Of a stretch of DNA of 64,000 bases, positions 1 to 13,927 are shown piece after piece (position 1 is the first letter of the stretch; each line of letters starts with the position of its first letter). Where the stretch lies: positions 32,810,919 to 32,874,918 of the forward strand of contig NW_026988422.1 in the NCBI RefSeq assembly GCF_030222135.1, given 5' to 3'. Position numbers and translations under genes: made by a program. The notes under the pieces were generated by a model. It saw nothing but the letters and a program-made list of their open reading frames with translations. It ran no database searches and was not told where the DNA came from. Origin of the DNA: Aotus nancymaae. Lineage: Eukaryota.

Positions 1-183
1 CCTCCTGAGTAGCTGGGACTACAGGTGCACACCACCATGCCTGGCTAATTTTTGTATTCTTAGTAGAGATGGAGTTTCACAATGTTGGCCAGGATGGTCT
101 CGATCTCCTGACCTCGTGATCTGCCCTCCTTGGCCTCCCAAAGTGCTGAGATTACAGGCATGAGCCACTGCACCCAGCCAGTC
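1..183 (-). mobile_element. Alu (3' part, cut by the window edge)
   Basis: Reverse-complement Alu consensus ...gcctcccaaagtgctgagattacaggcatgagccactgcacccagcc. Confidence 0.85.
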
Positions 184-195
184 TTGACACTGAAA

Positions 196-370
196 AATTT
201 ATTTATTTATTTATTTTTGAGGCAGGGTCTCAGTCTGTTGCCCAAGCTGGTATGTGGTGGTACAATAACAGCTCACCGAAACCTCTGCCTCTAGGGCTCA
301 GTAATCCTCCTGCCTCAGACTCCCGAGTATCGCACCACTGCACTCTAGCCTGGGCAACAAGAGTGAAGAA
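196..370. mobile_element. Composite Alu fragments
   Basis: Partial Alu motifs in both orientations. Confidence 0.5.
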
Positions 371-835
371 TATTGTAGAGTGTTCTTCAGTTTTTTTTTT
401 TCATGAATAGGCTGAGATTATGGATTTAATGGAAGAATTCAAGAGATGATGTACTTTATTGCGTCTTTATTGGGTACATATGGTATTGACAAAACTTATA
501 ACTGGTGTTAACCCTGATCACTTTTAAAGTGATATTTGTCAGGTATTTTTGCTGTACCTTTTTCATATTCTGTTAGAAGCAAGTCACTAAGTCCAGCCCA
601 TACTCAAGGGAAAGGAAAGAAAACCTCTAGAAGAGAGGTATGAAAGAAATTTATATATCTTAAGGTAGGTTTTTTGAGGCTATGCAAGTATCATTTTCCT
701 GACTAATCTTAGCATTCATCCATGGATCTTGGCTGCAATAGTATTATTGTTTTCTAATCATGAGTGTCTATTCCCCTCCATTTTCCCTAATATTTTCTAT
801 TTCCCTTTGACTGACATTTATTGAAATTCTTTTTA

Positions 836-1115
836 TTTTTTTGAGACTGGGTCTTGTTCTGTGACCCAGGCCGAAGTGCAGTGACATTGATCATAGCTTA
901 TTGCACTCATACTCCTGGGTTCAAGTGATCCTCCTGCCCCAGGCTTCCAAGTAGCTGGGACTACAGGCATGCCTCACCACATGCCTGGCTTTTTTATTTG
1001 TAGAGATGAGGTCTCACTATGTTGTCCAGGCTGATCTTGAACTTCTGGCCTCAAGCGATCCTCCCACCTTGGCCTTTCAGTGTTGGGATGACAGGTGTGA
1101 GCCACCACACCTAGT
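836..1115 (-). mobile_element. Alu
   Basis: poly-T then gagactgggtcttgttctgtgacccaggc ... ggtgtgagccaccacacctagtc. Confidence 0.85.
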
Positions 1116-1271
1116 CTGAAATTCTGAAGGGAATTTTATCCCTTCCTACCAATTTATGTATTCAGTTATTTACTTGTATCAGCATAAATGCATGAGTATT
1201 TTTTTCTTTAGGAGCCTCTTGAATTTTAATACCGAAACTTCATTGTACTTATATTTCAATACCTTTTTATA

Positions 1272-1455
1272 GCCAGACATGGTGGCTCACGCCTGTAATC
1301 CCAACACTTTGGGAGGCCAAGGTGGTTGGATCACAAGGTCAGGAGTTCCAGACCAAACTGGCCAACATGGTGAAACCCCATCTCTACTAAAGATACAAAA
1401 AATTAGCTGGGTGTGGTGGTGCACACCTGTAATCCCAACTACTCAGGAGGCTGAG
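1272..1455 (+). mobile_element. Alu (3'-truncated)
   Basis: agccagacatggtggctcacgcctgtaatcccaacactttgggaggcc... Confidence 0.8.
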
Positions 1456-2265
1456 GAAGAAGATAGAAAGATATTGGTCTATAGTTTTACTTTTTTGTGA
1501 TATCTTTATCTGGTTTTGATTTCATACTGCCTTATGCAATTCGTTGCAAAGTATTTCCTCCTATTCTTTGGAAAATTATGTCGTCTGCTTCAGTGTTAAT
1601 AGCATGTTACTTCAATGAGTAGATATATTTGACTAGTTCCTTATCTGTGGATCATTTTGTGTACACCAGTGCCTCAGTGATATCTATACAAACACATAGA
1701 AGTTTTAGGTCAAAGGGCATGTACATTTCAAATTTCGATAGACAATCAAAATCTGGTTTCTAAAAAGTTACATGTATTGAGGCTTTGTGACACTCTTCCA
1801 AAGGCTTCCCAAATTTTTGGACATGTGGTAAATCCTAAGATGTTAAGTAGTTGGAGACCCAGGCTGCAGTTGATACATCTGAAAAAGGCAAGTGACTGTG
1901 TATGGATGGGAAAGAAAAAGACAGACAGCTTAGCCTTTGTTGCCTCTACCCTTCCTGCAATAATACTCAACAAATTCCAGTTTGCAGAAAAATTGAATTG
2001 AAAACAGGTAAAAGCATTAGCTCCACCCATTAGTATCCTTCAATGCACAGATGCCACTAACAACAAGATACTGAATAACTTGCAGAGCAGTGAGTACTTT
2101 CTGTCCTGGAAATGAAGATCTACTAATATCAGAAGAAATATGTACTTGGAGAAATAAAGCCCAAAGAAGCCAGTGGTAGAGTTGTACAGTTTTTATTATA
2201 TAAAGTATCACAAAATTCAAAAGTACAACACTGCTTATTTTCTTGCTTGAAGATCAGATTTCTGG

Positions 2266-2271
2266 TTTATT
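2266..2271 (-). terminator. PARP2: PARP2 poly(A) signal AATAAA (second copy at 2192-2197)
   Basis: tttatt on the plus strand 13 nt past the stop, and again about 90 nt past the stop. Confidence 0.6.
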
Positions 2272-2283
2272 TAATATCAACAT

Positions 2284-2443
2284 TCAGCATAGCTGCAGGA
2301 AATTAAACTGAACCTTTAAAAGGTACCGCATACGGACCTGGTTGGGGTTATAGACAATATATTCATTGTAGTTGAGGGTATAACCATCTGGATTCAAAAT
2401 TCCTGTGTCACTTGCTGGTCCTAAGGGTACTGTACTTCCATTC
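2284..2443 (-). CDS. PARP2: PARP2 exon 16 (last coding exon incl. stop; ...NGSTVPLGPASDTGILNPDGYTLNYNEYIVYNPNQVRMRYLLKVQFNFLQLC*)
   Basis: Minus-strand translation matches the PARP2 C-terminus. Acceptor tggcag read on the minus strand. Stop codon at 2284-2286. Confidence 0.9.
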
Positions 2444-2560
2444 CTGCCAAATGGAAGAAAAGTATGTCAACATCAGTCTCTGGTTCAGAAGCTGGAATAG
2501 AGAAAGTAGTCTTATGTGGCCAAAAGGAGTCTTCTAGCCCTCCTGGTTCTGAGTACTTAC

Positions 2561-2685
2561 AGGGTGACGAAGTGGGCAGGACTGGGAGCCATCTTGCCCA
2601 GCCCCTTGGTGCTGTGTTTACCTTGAAGCAATCCTTCGGCCTTAGGATTGGCCTCTAGTAGTTCATTACACTGACCTAGAGCTAC
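2561..2685 (-). CDS. PARP2: PARP2 exon 15 (VALGQCNELLEANPKAEGLLQGKHSTKGLGKMAPSPAHFVT)
   Basis: Protein match. Minus-strand acceptor ctttgcag and donor gtaagt. Confidence 0.9.
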
Positions 2686-2929
2686 CTGCAAAGCAAAAAA
2701 TCTTTGCATGCCCATATCCTACTAAGAATTAGATGGCTCCAGAGCCAAACAGAAAATCCCATCAGTACTTTTTTCCCCTACTCCAGCAGAGGAATCCAAT
2801 GTACTAAAAATTGCACTTGGTTCTCTCTCAAGTTATCCCAGGTAAATCTCTTGGTTCTGGGTTCAAACTTTTCTCACTGGAAAAAAGTGGGAATTAATAA
2901 ACTAGAGCTCAGACATACTCCCGCCTCAC

Positions 2930-3028
2930 CTCTGATAAGAGCAGCAGTCCTGTATTATTTAGGCGAGACGCAAAGCAGTAATTGGCACTCTTGGAAGACA
3001 TGTCAGCAAAATAGATTCCTTTTCCAAA
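2930..3028 (-). CDS. PARP2: PARP2 exon 14 ([33 protein letters not shown])
   Basis: PARP catalytic-domain match. Acceptor tttcag, donor gtgagg. Confidence 0.9.
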
Positions 3029-3388
3029 CTGAAATATATAAATGAATACCAAGGTCAACTTCTAAGCCACTGTGTTAGAGAGAAGGTGTATAGCACCAAC
3101 CCTGTTTTTCCATTCCCTTAAACACAATATAGACCCTTCTCCATTTCCCTCACAATTCTGTCCTAGAGAGGGTAGAAGCACCTGTGAATTTCTGCCTTCT
3201 GAGGGAAAGGCGAGGTATCTTTAGGAATTTAAAGAAAGAAGGACACAGTAAAACATGACAAGGTTATCAGTGAGTTGGCTTAACTGTTGGGGAGGAGAAC
3301 CACCTAATCCTAATCTCGAAAAAAAACCACTGAGAACATTACTGTATCCCTTTCCCCTGTGCTCCTCCCAGAGTTCAATTTCACTCAC

Positions 3389-3488
3389 CATGTAACCTGT
3401 GATGGGAGCTTCAGGTGGGGCAATTCGAAGCCCATGGCTCAAGATTCCCACCCAGTTACTCAGCCTGGAACCATGCCATAGAAGCATC
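3389..3488 (-). CDS. PARP2: PARP2 exon 13 ([33 protein letters not shown])
   Basis: ORF track 3221..3487 (-). Acceptor ccatag, donor gtgagt. Confidence 0.92.
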
Positions 3489-3640
3489 CTATGGAAAAGT
3501 CAATATTACTGTACTCTGTTGTTTTGCACAGAGAGGCCATAAGCATAAAAAGCCAACACCTTCCTCTGCCTCCTTTTAAGTTTTATAGCGGCACTTTTTG
3601 GGCAAGGAGTGTCTTTCCAAAGCCAAAGCTAGACTCAGAC

Positions 3641-3768
3641 CTGTTATGAAGGTCCTCTCTGAAGGCTTCTTTCTCACCCTTCTTCTCCACTTCAAACAAA
3701 TCCAGCAAGGTCATGGTATAGTCACTGTGTGTGGGAGCATGGGTAGATTGTAAGTACTGGGAAATCAC
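3641..3768 (-). CDS. PARP2: PARP2 exon 12 (VISQYLQSTHAPTHSDYTMTLLDLFEVEKKGEKEAFREDLHNR)
   Basis: ORF track 3583..3786 (-). Acceptor cacag, donor gtctga. Confidence 0.9.
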
Positions 3769-4044
3769 CTGTGAAAAATAAGACAAAAAGGCCGATGTGT
3801 ACGCTACAAGAGACTGAGCTGAACTGAAAAATTTGGGGATTCTGATATAACTTTGCAGAACTTTCTGCTCCCAAAGTCTTACAAGGCAGCTAGGAAGAAC
3901 CTGGCCTTCTCAAATTCCTAGTACATAAAAAAGTCTCCCCTAACTGACAATTTCCTCTTAACCAGAAGTAGTTAGAGAACAGTGGGATAGGGGAGGTGGT
4001 CTTAAGGCAAAAGAAGTCTGAAAATAAATGATCATTTTTCTTAC

Positions 4045-4179
4045 TTTGAACTCATAACTTTCATGGTCCAGAGGGTGCAAGGCACAATGTAGGTTTCTAT
4101 AGTGTTGGTCCAATGGGTGTTCTGGGCTTTGTAGCTCTGTTTTTACCAGCTTAATAGCAATTTCAATGTCTCCCAAAGC
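4045..4179 (-). CDS. PARP2: PARP2 exon 11 (ALGDIEIAIKLVKTELQSPEHPLDQHYRNLHCALHPLDHESYEFK)
   Basis: ORF track 3958..4176 (-). Acceptor tctcag, donor gtaaga. Confidence 0.92.
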
Positions 4180-4260
4180 CTGAGAAGATGAGATACAGAA
4201 TCAACATGGGAGGAACCTGGGATAAGGGATATAATACTTCTCAATTCATACATATCTCAC

Positions 4261-4324
4261 CTCTAGTAATTGTATTTTTTCTGACAGCTCCTTTTGTGTC
4301 CGGATTAGTGGAGGAGTACGGAGT
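4261..4324 (-). CDS. PARP2: PARP2 exon 10 (LRTPPLIRTQKELSEKIQLLE)
   Basis: Protein match. Acceptor cttag, donor gtgaga. Confidence 0.88.
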
Positions 4325-5113
4325 CTAAGAACAGAGATATAACCCATAATGAGCTCTCTGATGTATGGCTAAAAGGCTCATGACTAAACATAGAAGATGA
4401 CAGATAGGTCCTCTCTCAACAGGTTTTCCATTTGAGAGAGAAAGAGATCTGTAAAAAGATCTTAACTTCCAAATATATAAAATAATATTAAATACATACT
4501 CAGTAAAGATGAACTATGTGGATTTTGACTTTTGAGACTAGAGTTGAAATTCTTTTTTATAAAATCATTTTAAAAATAAGTTACATGGATATCAATAAGA
4601 AATAGTTTGGATATAGTTCTATCTAGAAGCATAGGCAGACCTGTTGACCACTCAGGGTTATTTCTAGGTCACAGGGCTCTAGAAAGCAGTAAAAGGAATA
4701 GAAATAGGATGAAAACCAGAAACCAGAATCAACCAATGTAAAATGTTACTTTGTCTATCTAATATCACTTGAGTTCACAGAAATGGTGTTTGTGTGGTTT
4801 GTCACCTCAAATAGGAAAAGGGGGTGATATGCCTGAAGGTGTTTTACTTGGTGGTTGGATAGCTAGAACCATTCCCTCTTGAGTTGGTAACTTCTACTTT
4901 GTCAGAGAATATAGCTGTGGTCAAGTCAGGAGACTGCATCCCATATTTGTAAGCTGATTAAATAGGCTGCCCACGTATCATTTTGTTTCTGTACCTATTC
5001 AAGACGATCATTTCCTTAGGAATAAAATATTTAAAAGATTATAGTTGCTGCTGATTGATATAGGGGATATGTATACGTAGAAGATCAAAGTGAAGTAACA
5101 GCACAGGCCTTAC

Positions 5114-5252
5114 CCAAAGTCATGTGGAATCCTGGTGTAGAATTCATTGCATGCTTCCACGAGAGCTCGTCCATGCTGGCCAGCCCAAATACAATCCTCA
5201 ATCTTCTTAAGAGACTGGTAACCTGCCTTGATTTGCGCCACTGTCAGCTTCC
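5114..5252 (-). CDS. PARP2: PARP2 exon 9 (GKLTVAQIKAGYQSLKKIEDCIWAGQHGRALVEACNEFYTRIPHDFG)
   Basis: Protein match. Acceptor cctgcag, donor gtaagg. Confidence 0.9.
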
Positions 5253-5342
5253 CTGCAGGCCCAGCCAGAGATCAGACTCCAAACCAGGGTCCCATCTTGT
5301 AAACTGTACTTACGTCCTTGCCTAAAAAGGACTTTCACCTTT

Positions 5343-5642
5343 TAAATTTTGTTTTTTTTTTGAGATGGGGTCTCACTCCTGTTGCCCAGTCTGAGTGCAG
5401 TGGCACAAACACAGCTAAATGTAGCCTCAACTTCCTGGGCTCAGGTGATCCTCCCACCTCAGCCTCCCAAATAGCTGGACCACAGGCACACACCACCACG
5501 CCTGGCTAATTTTTCAATTTTTAGTAGAGATGGGATCTTGCCACGTTGCCCAGGCTGGTTTCAAACTTCTGGGTTCAAGCAATCCACCTGCCTTGGCCTC
5601 CCAAAGTGTTGGGATTATAGGCATGAGCCACCACACCCAGCC
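5343..5642 (-). mobile_element. Alu
   Basis: Reverse-complement Alu consensus in full. Confidence 0.85.
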
Positions 5643-5809
5643 TCAACTTTCAAAATAGTTCCTTCTCCCTCCATACAACCTGTCGCACCAAATCCCATTT
5701 TCTTCATTCAGTACTATCAGCAAGCTTTAAATCATAATGGTAATAAAATATCCATTAAAGGAACTAGGAATTATGAGGAGAGAATGCAGAACAAAATGTG
5801 AAGTCCTAC

Positions 5810-5972
5810 CAAGTGGGGCTTTCTTGGTATTATACTTCATTTCTATCATCATCTCTTCCATGGCTTGAACATTACAGATCAACTTTATTAACTCCTGTAC
5901 CCGAAGATCTAGCTGTGACTCTGGCTTCAAGGGAGATTTAAGAGATTCCTCTTTTTTTGTTTCCTCTTCATC
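5810..5972 (-). CDS. PARP2: PARP2 exon 8 (DEEETKKEESLKSPLKPESQLDLRVQELIKLICNVQAMEEMMIEMKYNTKKAPL)
   Basis: ORF track 5727..5930 (-). Acceptor ctatag, donor gtagga. Confidence 0.92.
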
Positions 5973-6555
5973 CTATAGCAAAAAACAAACAAACAAAAGA
6001 AAATCTAGGAAATCATCTCTAGATTACTTATAACACCCAATATCATACAATGTAATTGCTTTGTAAAATTTTTATACTGCACTGTCTAGGGAATAACGAC
6101 AAGCAAGGAAAAAAGGCTGTCCAGGTTCAGTACAGAAGCAATTTCTTTTTTAGAATATTTTTGATCCTCAGTTAACTGAATCCATGGATATGGAGGGTTG
6201 ACCATGCTAGTTCTGCCTCCTACACTGTACAACTCAGAATAAATCTAAAAAAAAAAAGGCCTTCCTCATTATGTCAGTGTGTAAAAATAGTTATTATGTC
6301 TCAGATCTTCCCATCTTAAAAAGACTAAAACTTCTCCATTTTTTTTGGATATGTGACTGCTTCAGAACAGTTTCAGCATCCTGGTATACCTCAGTTTATC
6401 TAAATTAAATTTTTTTTAATGCTGGTATATATCCAGAATTGAAAACAAATTTAAATGTAATTGTTTAATCACTTTGGTTTTTTTATTGCTCCTCTCTTGG
6501 TCCATAACAATAAACTTCTGTAAATAGGGCCTAATATTTTATAACAACCTTAGAA

Positions 6556-6867
6556 GGCTGGGCGAGGTGGCTCATGCCTGTAATCCCAGCACTTTGGGAG
6601 GCTGAGGCAGGCGAACACCCAAGCTCAGGAGTTCAAGACCATCCTGGCCAACATGGTGAAATCCCGTCCCTACTTAAAAAAAAAAAAAAATTTAGCTGGA
6701 CATAGTGGCGGGCACCTATAGTCCCAGCTACTTGGGACGCTGAGACAGGAGAATCACTTGAACCTGGATGTTGCAGTGAGCCGAGACTGCACCATTGCAC
6801 TCCAACCTGGGCAAAAGAACAAAACTGTCTCAAAAAACAATAACAACAACAAAAAAACCCACCACTG
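6556..6867 (+). mobile_element. Alu
   Basis: ggctgggcgaggtggctcatgcctgtaatcccagc ... A-rich tail. Confidence 0.85.
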
Positions 6868-7055
6868 TGGTAAATAGCAGAGACTAGAAAGGCACATTCT
6901 ATCCTCATTCTTATTGTCCCTTAGGGACTACAAAGATCACTGAGAGCACCCTACCCCTAGGTATGAAGTAGAAAGGACTTAAGATACTGTGGCCTGTTCC
7001 AGTCTAGGAATGATCTAAGCTATTCTGCTTTGCCCTGATTAAGAAGAAACAGGAG

Positions 7056-7360
7056 TAGGTGTGGTGGCTCATGCCTGTAATCTCAGGACTTTGGGAGGCC
7101 AAGACAGGAGGACTGCCTTAGCCCAGGAATTTCAGACCAGCCTGGGCAACATAGTGAAACCTCATCTTTCCAAAAAAAAGAAAGAAAAATCATCTGGGCA
7201 GAGGGGCAGGTGCCTGTAGTCCCTGATACTGGGGAGGCTGAGGTGGGAGGATCACTTCAGCCTAGAGATCTTGAGGCTGCAATGGGCCATGATTGTGCCA
7301 CTGCACTCCAGCCTGGGCAAGAGAGCACAATCTTGTCTCTAAAGAATAAATAAAATAAAG
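7056..7360 (+). mobile_element. Alu
   Basis: Alu consensus with an A-rich tail. Confidence 0.8.
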
Positions 7361-7399
7361 AAGAAACAGGTTTCCCCCCAAAAGTATAGTGAGAGTTAC

Positions 7400-7502
7400 C
7401 TGAGTATTGGTGGCATAGTCCATCTGTAGCATATCATATTTTCCAGGCACCTTCTCAAACTTTTCTCGATCTTCCCAATTGTTTTTCGTTTTGTCAAGGA
7501 AT
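7400..7502 (-). CDS. PARP2: PARP2 exon 7 (KFLDKTKNNWEDREKFEKVPGKYDMLQMDYATNTQ)
   Basis: ORF track 7262..7450 (-). Acceptor ctacag, donor gtaact. The 3' boundary is +/-1 nt because my count of a T-run disagrees with the ORF track. Confidence 0.88.
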
Positions 7503-7892
7503 CTGTAGAGTCCAATGTGTAAGAAAACTTTACAAATAAAGGTCTACTATGAAAATGCATTTACAACTGTTTCCTTAGACAGAAAATCTCCCAACAATTT
7601 ATTTTCCACCACCAATCTCCTCTACCCATCAACTTTCCATAAATCAAAATCAGTCTAATTCTAAATGAGGACATTAAATGGACAAAAAAGCTCTGGAGAC
7701 AAATGGAATTTTAAAATTAGGGAAAAACAATGCTTGTCCTTCCCAAACACCACAAAAGCCGTTGAGATTTTACGTATTCATCTAATCCCTTTCCCTGAAA
7801 GAAACATGTTCCCAAATTCGCCAAAAAGTTCTTCATCTATATCATAAGGTTTTAAGAACTCTAGCTGAATATTCATTCTCTCTCTCTCTCTC

Positions 7893-8023
7893 TTTTTTTT
7901 TTTTTGTAGAGTCAGGGGTGTCACTTTGTTGCCCAGACTGGTCTCAAACTCCTAGCTTCAAGCAATCATCCCACCTCAGCCTCCCAAAGTGCTGGGATTA
8001 TAGGTGTGAGCCACTGCACCCAG
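7893..8023 (-). mobile_element. Alu monomer (FLAM-like) with target-site duplication
   Basis: Reverse-complement Alu left monomer. Flanked by the direct repeat tagctgaatattc at 7864-7876 and 8028-8040. Confidence 0.8.
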
Positions 8024-8267
8024 CATCTAGCTGAATATTCTCTACCCCATGACAGTCTTCACTTATCCCAAATTTCCTCAGTTTGTTGGTCATGTGTTAA
8101 ATATATTAGATTCTTCTGTTTTCAGTGACTTTCAAGGTTCTAGTTTGATTTAATCACTAAGGATGCAGTTTGGTGTTTCAACCACAGAGTGTCAGGGTGA
8201 AAAGACATTAATATTGAGGCCAAATCACACCTATAAAATGAAAATTTTTTTATAAGCCAAACATTTA

Positions 8268-8636
<369 letters not shown>

Positions 8637-8647
8637 TTAACACTTAC

Positions 8648-8723
8648 TTCTTCTGAAAGATTTCCTTGGCCTTGTTGAGATTGCCTGAACAAGCCACCAG
8701 GCTGTGCTGTCCCATTTTTCCAA
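8648..8723 (-). CDS. PARP2: PARP2 exon 6 (VGKMGQHSLVACSGNLNKAKEIFQKK)
   Basis: WGR-domain match. Acceptor tttgcag, donor gtaagtg. Confidence 0.9.
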
Positions 8724-9177
8724 CTGCAAAGTAAATGCCACACATAAGATATTTCTTTACAAAGAACAAAAGTATTTCTATACTAGGGAAAAAAAAGATA
8801 TTCCCTAATAGCAACAAGCCAGCTCTCCAAGATCTCTCTGCTTAACATCTGACTAACAGGCAGGAAAGGGAGAAGGGAAAGGAAAGGACGAACTAATCAT
8901 GTTAATACAAGTTACTTGCTAACTGCCATAGTCTATGAGCACTACTACGGAAGAATTTTCAGCCTCAATGGGCTGCCCTTAGTTTTCCCAGTGGGAACTT
9001 CCTATGGAGGATGCCTGCCATTCCCCAATTTCAAGATGCCCAACTTGATTCTAAGCCTCTTGTAGACTTCAGAGCCTCTACTGACCCAATTTAAACCCAG
9101 AGAATCCTTTGGCCACTCACTAAGCTGCTTCTGGCTTTCTGAATGCCAACTCATAAAATCACAATAAAAATCATTAC

Positions 9178-9274
9178 CTCGGCCCCATCTCATCCAAACA
9201 CTGAAGTTCCTCTTGGCATCATCTTCTAATAGCTGAATCAGATAGTACTTGTTGTTGTTGAACTGGAGATTGGT
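9178..9274 (-). CDS. PARP2: PARP2 exon 5 (TNLQFNNNKYYLIQLLEDDAKRNFSVWMRWGR)
   Basis: Anchored by ORF track 9002..9193 (-). Donor gtaatg. Confidence 0.9.
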
Positions 9275-9589
9275 CTATGTGCAGTGAAAAAAAAAAAAAA
9301 AAAGAGTTTTGGAAATGGAAATCACGTAAACCAATGATTTATCTTTCATGACAGGTGCCAGTAATTTCCATAAGGAAAAGGAAAGAAAATTATATTCCTG
9401 TATCAGGCAAGAAAATTATATTCCTGTAAAATTAAAAATATAAAGAAGAAATAGGGCTTATACATTAAACTTTGGATTCTTAGGAATTAAAGTGGGAGCC
9501 TAGAAGCTTCCTAAAACTCTCTGTCCAACCTCAAATATCCTACATTGAATGGCTCCTCCTGTTTTTTCCTGCCTCAGCTCCCTATTTAG

Positions 9590-9898
<309 letters not shown>

Positions 9899-10579
9899 CA
9901 CTATTGAGATATTTTCTAAGCTATCTGTGTTTTCCAGTTCCCAATTCACTCCCAACAGTTATTTCCCAAATGAAAACAATTTTGATGCTCCAAAGGTCTA
10001 AAACTGTTATGTTCAACTGTTACATGACTTATTTTTTGACAATTCTACTCACAACTTCGGTTTGTCAGCTGCAGAAATTTGACAATGAGCTGAGAGCAGG
10101 GCAATACTGGGAGGGGACAAGGGATACGCAAAACCATGGCCACATCTGTCCTCTGACTAACCTGACTGAGAATATGGCCAGTATCTAAAAAGAGGTATTT
10201 GTAAGTAAATCACTCAGAGTGAAGAGAGAGAGAAGTCCATGATAAGGCATAGCAGCTGGTATTATATGGCCAAGCCCTGGATATGGAGGCATTCTTCTTT
10301 GTTAAGCATGCTGCCCCTTCCTACCTCTATCTCCTGTACTTGGTCACATTTTAAAGCCACTGTATGACCTTAGTCCCCTGGTGAAAAAAAAAAAGGTTAT
10401 TAAATGTTAGAACAAAAAGGGGCCTTGGCAAAAAGTGTACCATAAGGAAAATCAAAAGGTAAATGACAAATCTGGAAAATATAAGCAATTTATGTTACAG
10501 ACAAAAGGCTACTCTCCATATTACATAAAGTTCCTTGAAACCAGTAAGAAAATGACCAACAACCTGTTAGAAAATGTGC

Positions 10580-11213
<634 letters not shown>

Positions 11214-11382
11214 AAAAGAATATGAACAGAGAGTTAACAGTTTCAGTAAATGATATGAAATCTGCAAAAAAAAAAAGAAAAAAAATTTCTCACAGAGGAC
11301 TTTGCTATCAGGTAAGAGTGTGCCAGGGCTGAGTACCCAGGTATGTAACCACTAGTGGCTAATATTAATATAGGACTTTAGG

Positions 11383-11704
<322 letters not shown>

Positions 11705-11794
11705 TTAAAGATCTGAATGCTGGGATGCTATCATCAATAATTATCAAGAAGAAGGTCTCATAAATACAATGGTTCCGCCTCTTCTGCCTCTTAC

Positions 11795-11845
11795 CTGATT
11801 TAGCATGACATCATAGACATCATTTCCTTCACAATACACATGAGC
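11795..11845 (-). CDS. PARP2: PARP2 exon 4 (AHVYCEGNDVYDVMLNQ)
   Basis: Protein match. Acceptor ctag, donor gtaaga. Confidence 0.88.
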
Positions 11846-12023
11846 CTAGAAAGAGAGAAAGAAAAAAAAAATCAACATTAGTTTCAGCCCTGAGATCCTA
11901 AATGAGGCTCTAAATTTTCTTACGGCTTAAGTTGTCATTCTACAGCAACATTAACATCCATCTCCCAGGGAAAGAATTGCAAACCTATGTTCTACCCATA
12001 ACCTGGGTATAACCTTACCATTA

Positions 12024-12386
<363 letters not shown>

Positions 12387-12398
12387 TTAAAGAAAACT

Positions 12399-12703
<305 letters not shown>

Positions 12704-12884
12704 TTACTGTAGAGGTAGCCTTTCTGTATTTCGAATTCTTTCCCCATTCATCAGTAACTTATGCCATTGGGTACAGTTTCTCATTAGAACAGGAAAACAG
12801 TTTTCCCTTAACAATGATATTTTCTGGTTGAAAAAGAGAATAGGTGTAGAAGGCTGATGGCAACCACAAAAGGTAAGCATGTGA

Positions 12885-13300
12885 TATAATTTGTGTATTT
12901 GTCTCCTTCCAAATCTCACGATGACTTGTAATCCTCAGTATTGGAGGTGGGGCCTGGTGGGAGGTGATTGGATCTGGAAGTGGATTTTTCATGAATGGTT
13001 TAGCACCACTCTCTTACTGCTGTCCTCCCGATAATGAGTGCGTTCACCCCAGATCTGGTAGTTTAAAAGCATGTGACACTTCCTCCACTCTCTCTCTTTC
13101 TCTGTGACCCTCCTCCAGTCTCCCTCTCCTCTGCTTTTGCCATGTGAAGTGCCTATTCCTGCTTCACCTTCTGCCATGAGTAAAAGCTTCCTAAGGCCTC
13201 CTGAGGAGCAGATACTGCTGTGCTTCCTGTACAGCCTCCAGAACCATTAGCCAATTAAATCTGTTTTCTTATAAAGTACCCAGTCTCAGGTAATTCTTTT
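12885..13300 (+). mobile_element. MaLR-type LTR (MST/THE1/MLT family)
   Basis: Classic ...tctcacgatgacttgtaatcctcagtattggaggtggggcctggtgggaggtgattgg ... cagcctccagaaccat ... aagtacccagtctcaggtaatt. Confidence 0.7.
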
Positions 13301-13550
13301 TTTTTTTTGTTCAGGTAATTCTTTATAGCAATGCAAAAATGGTCTAACACACCATGTTAAAAAACACCCTGATTATTAACCCCAAGTCCTACCACTCCTA
13401 TCCCTTGCCATTGGAGAAAACTAATCACTCATCATATTCTGGAGAGGATTCCTAAAATGAATACTAACAATATCCCAGACAAGAGTCCTTGTAACAAAGG
13501 ATGCTCTCTGAGACACCCATGGACTGAAGATCGGTTCTAGAGTCTCTTAC

Positions 13551-13621
13551 CTTACCCACTTTGGCTGTACACTCTGGGTCCACAGGAGCTTTGCCCTTTA
13601 ACAGCAAGGCCTTCACAGATT
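13551..13621 (-). CDS. PARP2: PARP2 exon 3 (ESVKALLLKGKAPVDPECTAKVGK)
   Basis: ORF track 13464..13742 (-). Acceptor tttcctcag, donor gtaaga. Confidence 0.92.
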
Positions 13622-13927
13622 CTGAGGAAAAACATATAGGTACTACTTTATGGGAATCAAAAACAGCTGTTGTGGTTAAACAGAAACTTGTCAGGATTAA
13701 CTTTGCCCTCCCAAGCAATCCTGGTCTTTCCTTAGGCCTCAATCCATCTCAAATACATGAAAACGAAGATTCAAGGCAGTAGATTAGTTTTGTGGTATGC
13801 CCAAGGGATAGATAAATTAATTATATCCTGAAAGAAGGAAGAAATAAGAGCTGACATAACAAGGTATCATCCCCTCATCCACCCCTATCAGAGACCCTCT
13901 TGCTGGCCCATGACCTCCCTGGCCTAC

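Noticed and set aside
12704-12992. Two minus-strand ORFs between PARP2 exons 3 and 4
   Set aside because: I checked all three frames against the PARP2 WGR domain and found no match. The region is intronic sequence adjacent to a MaLR LTR.
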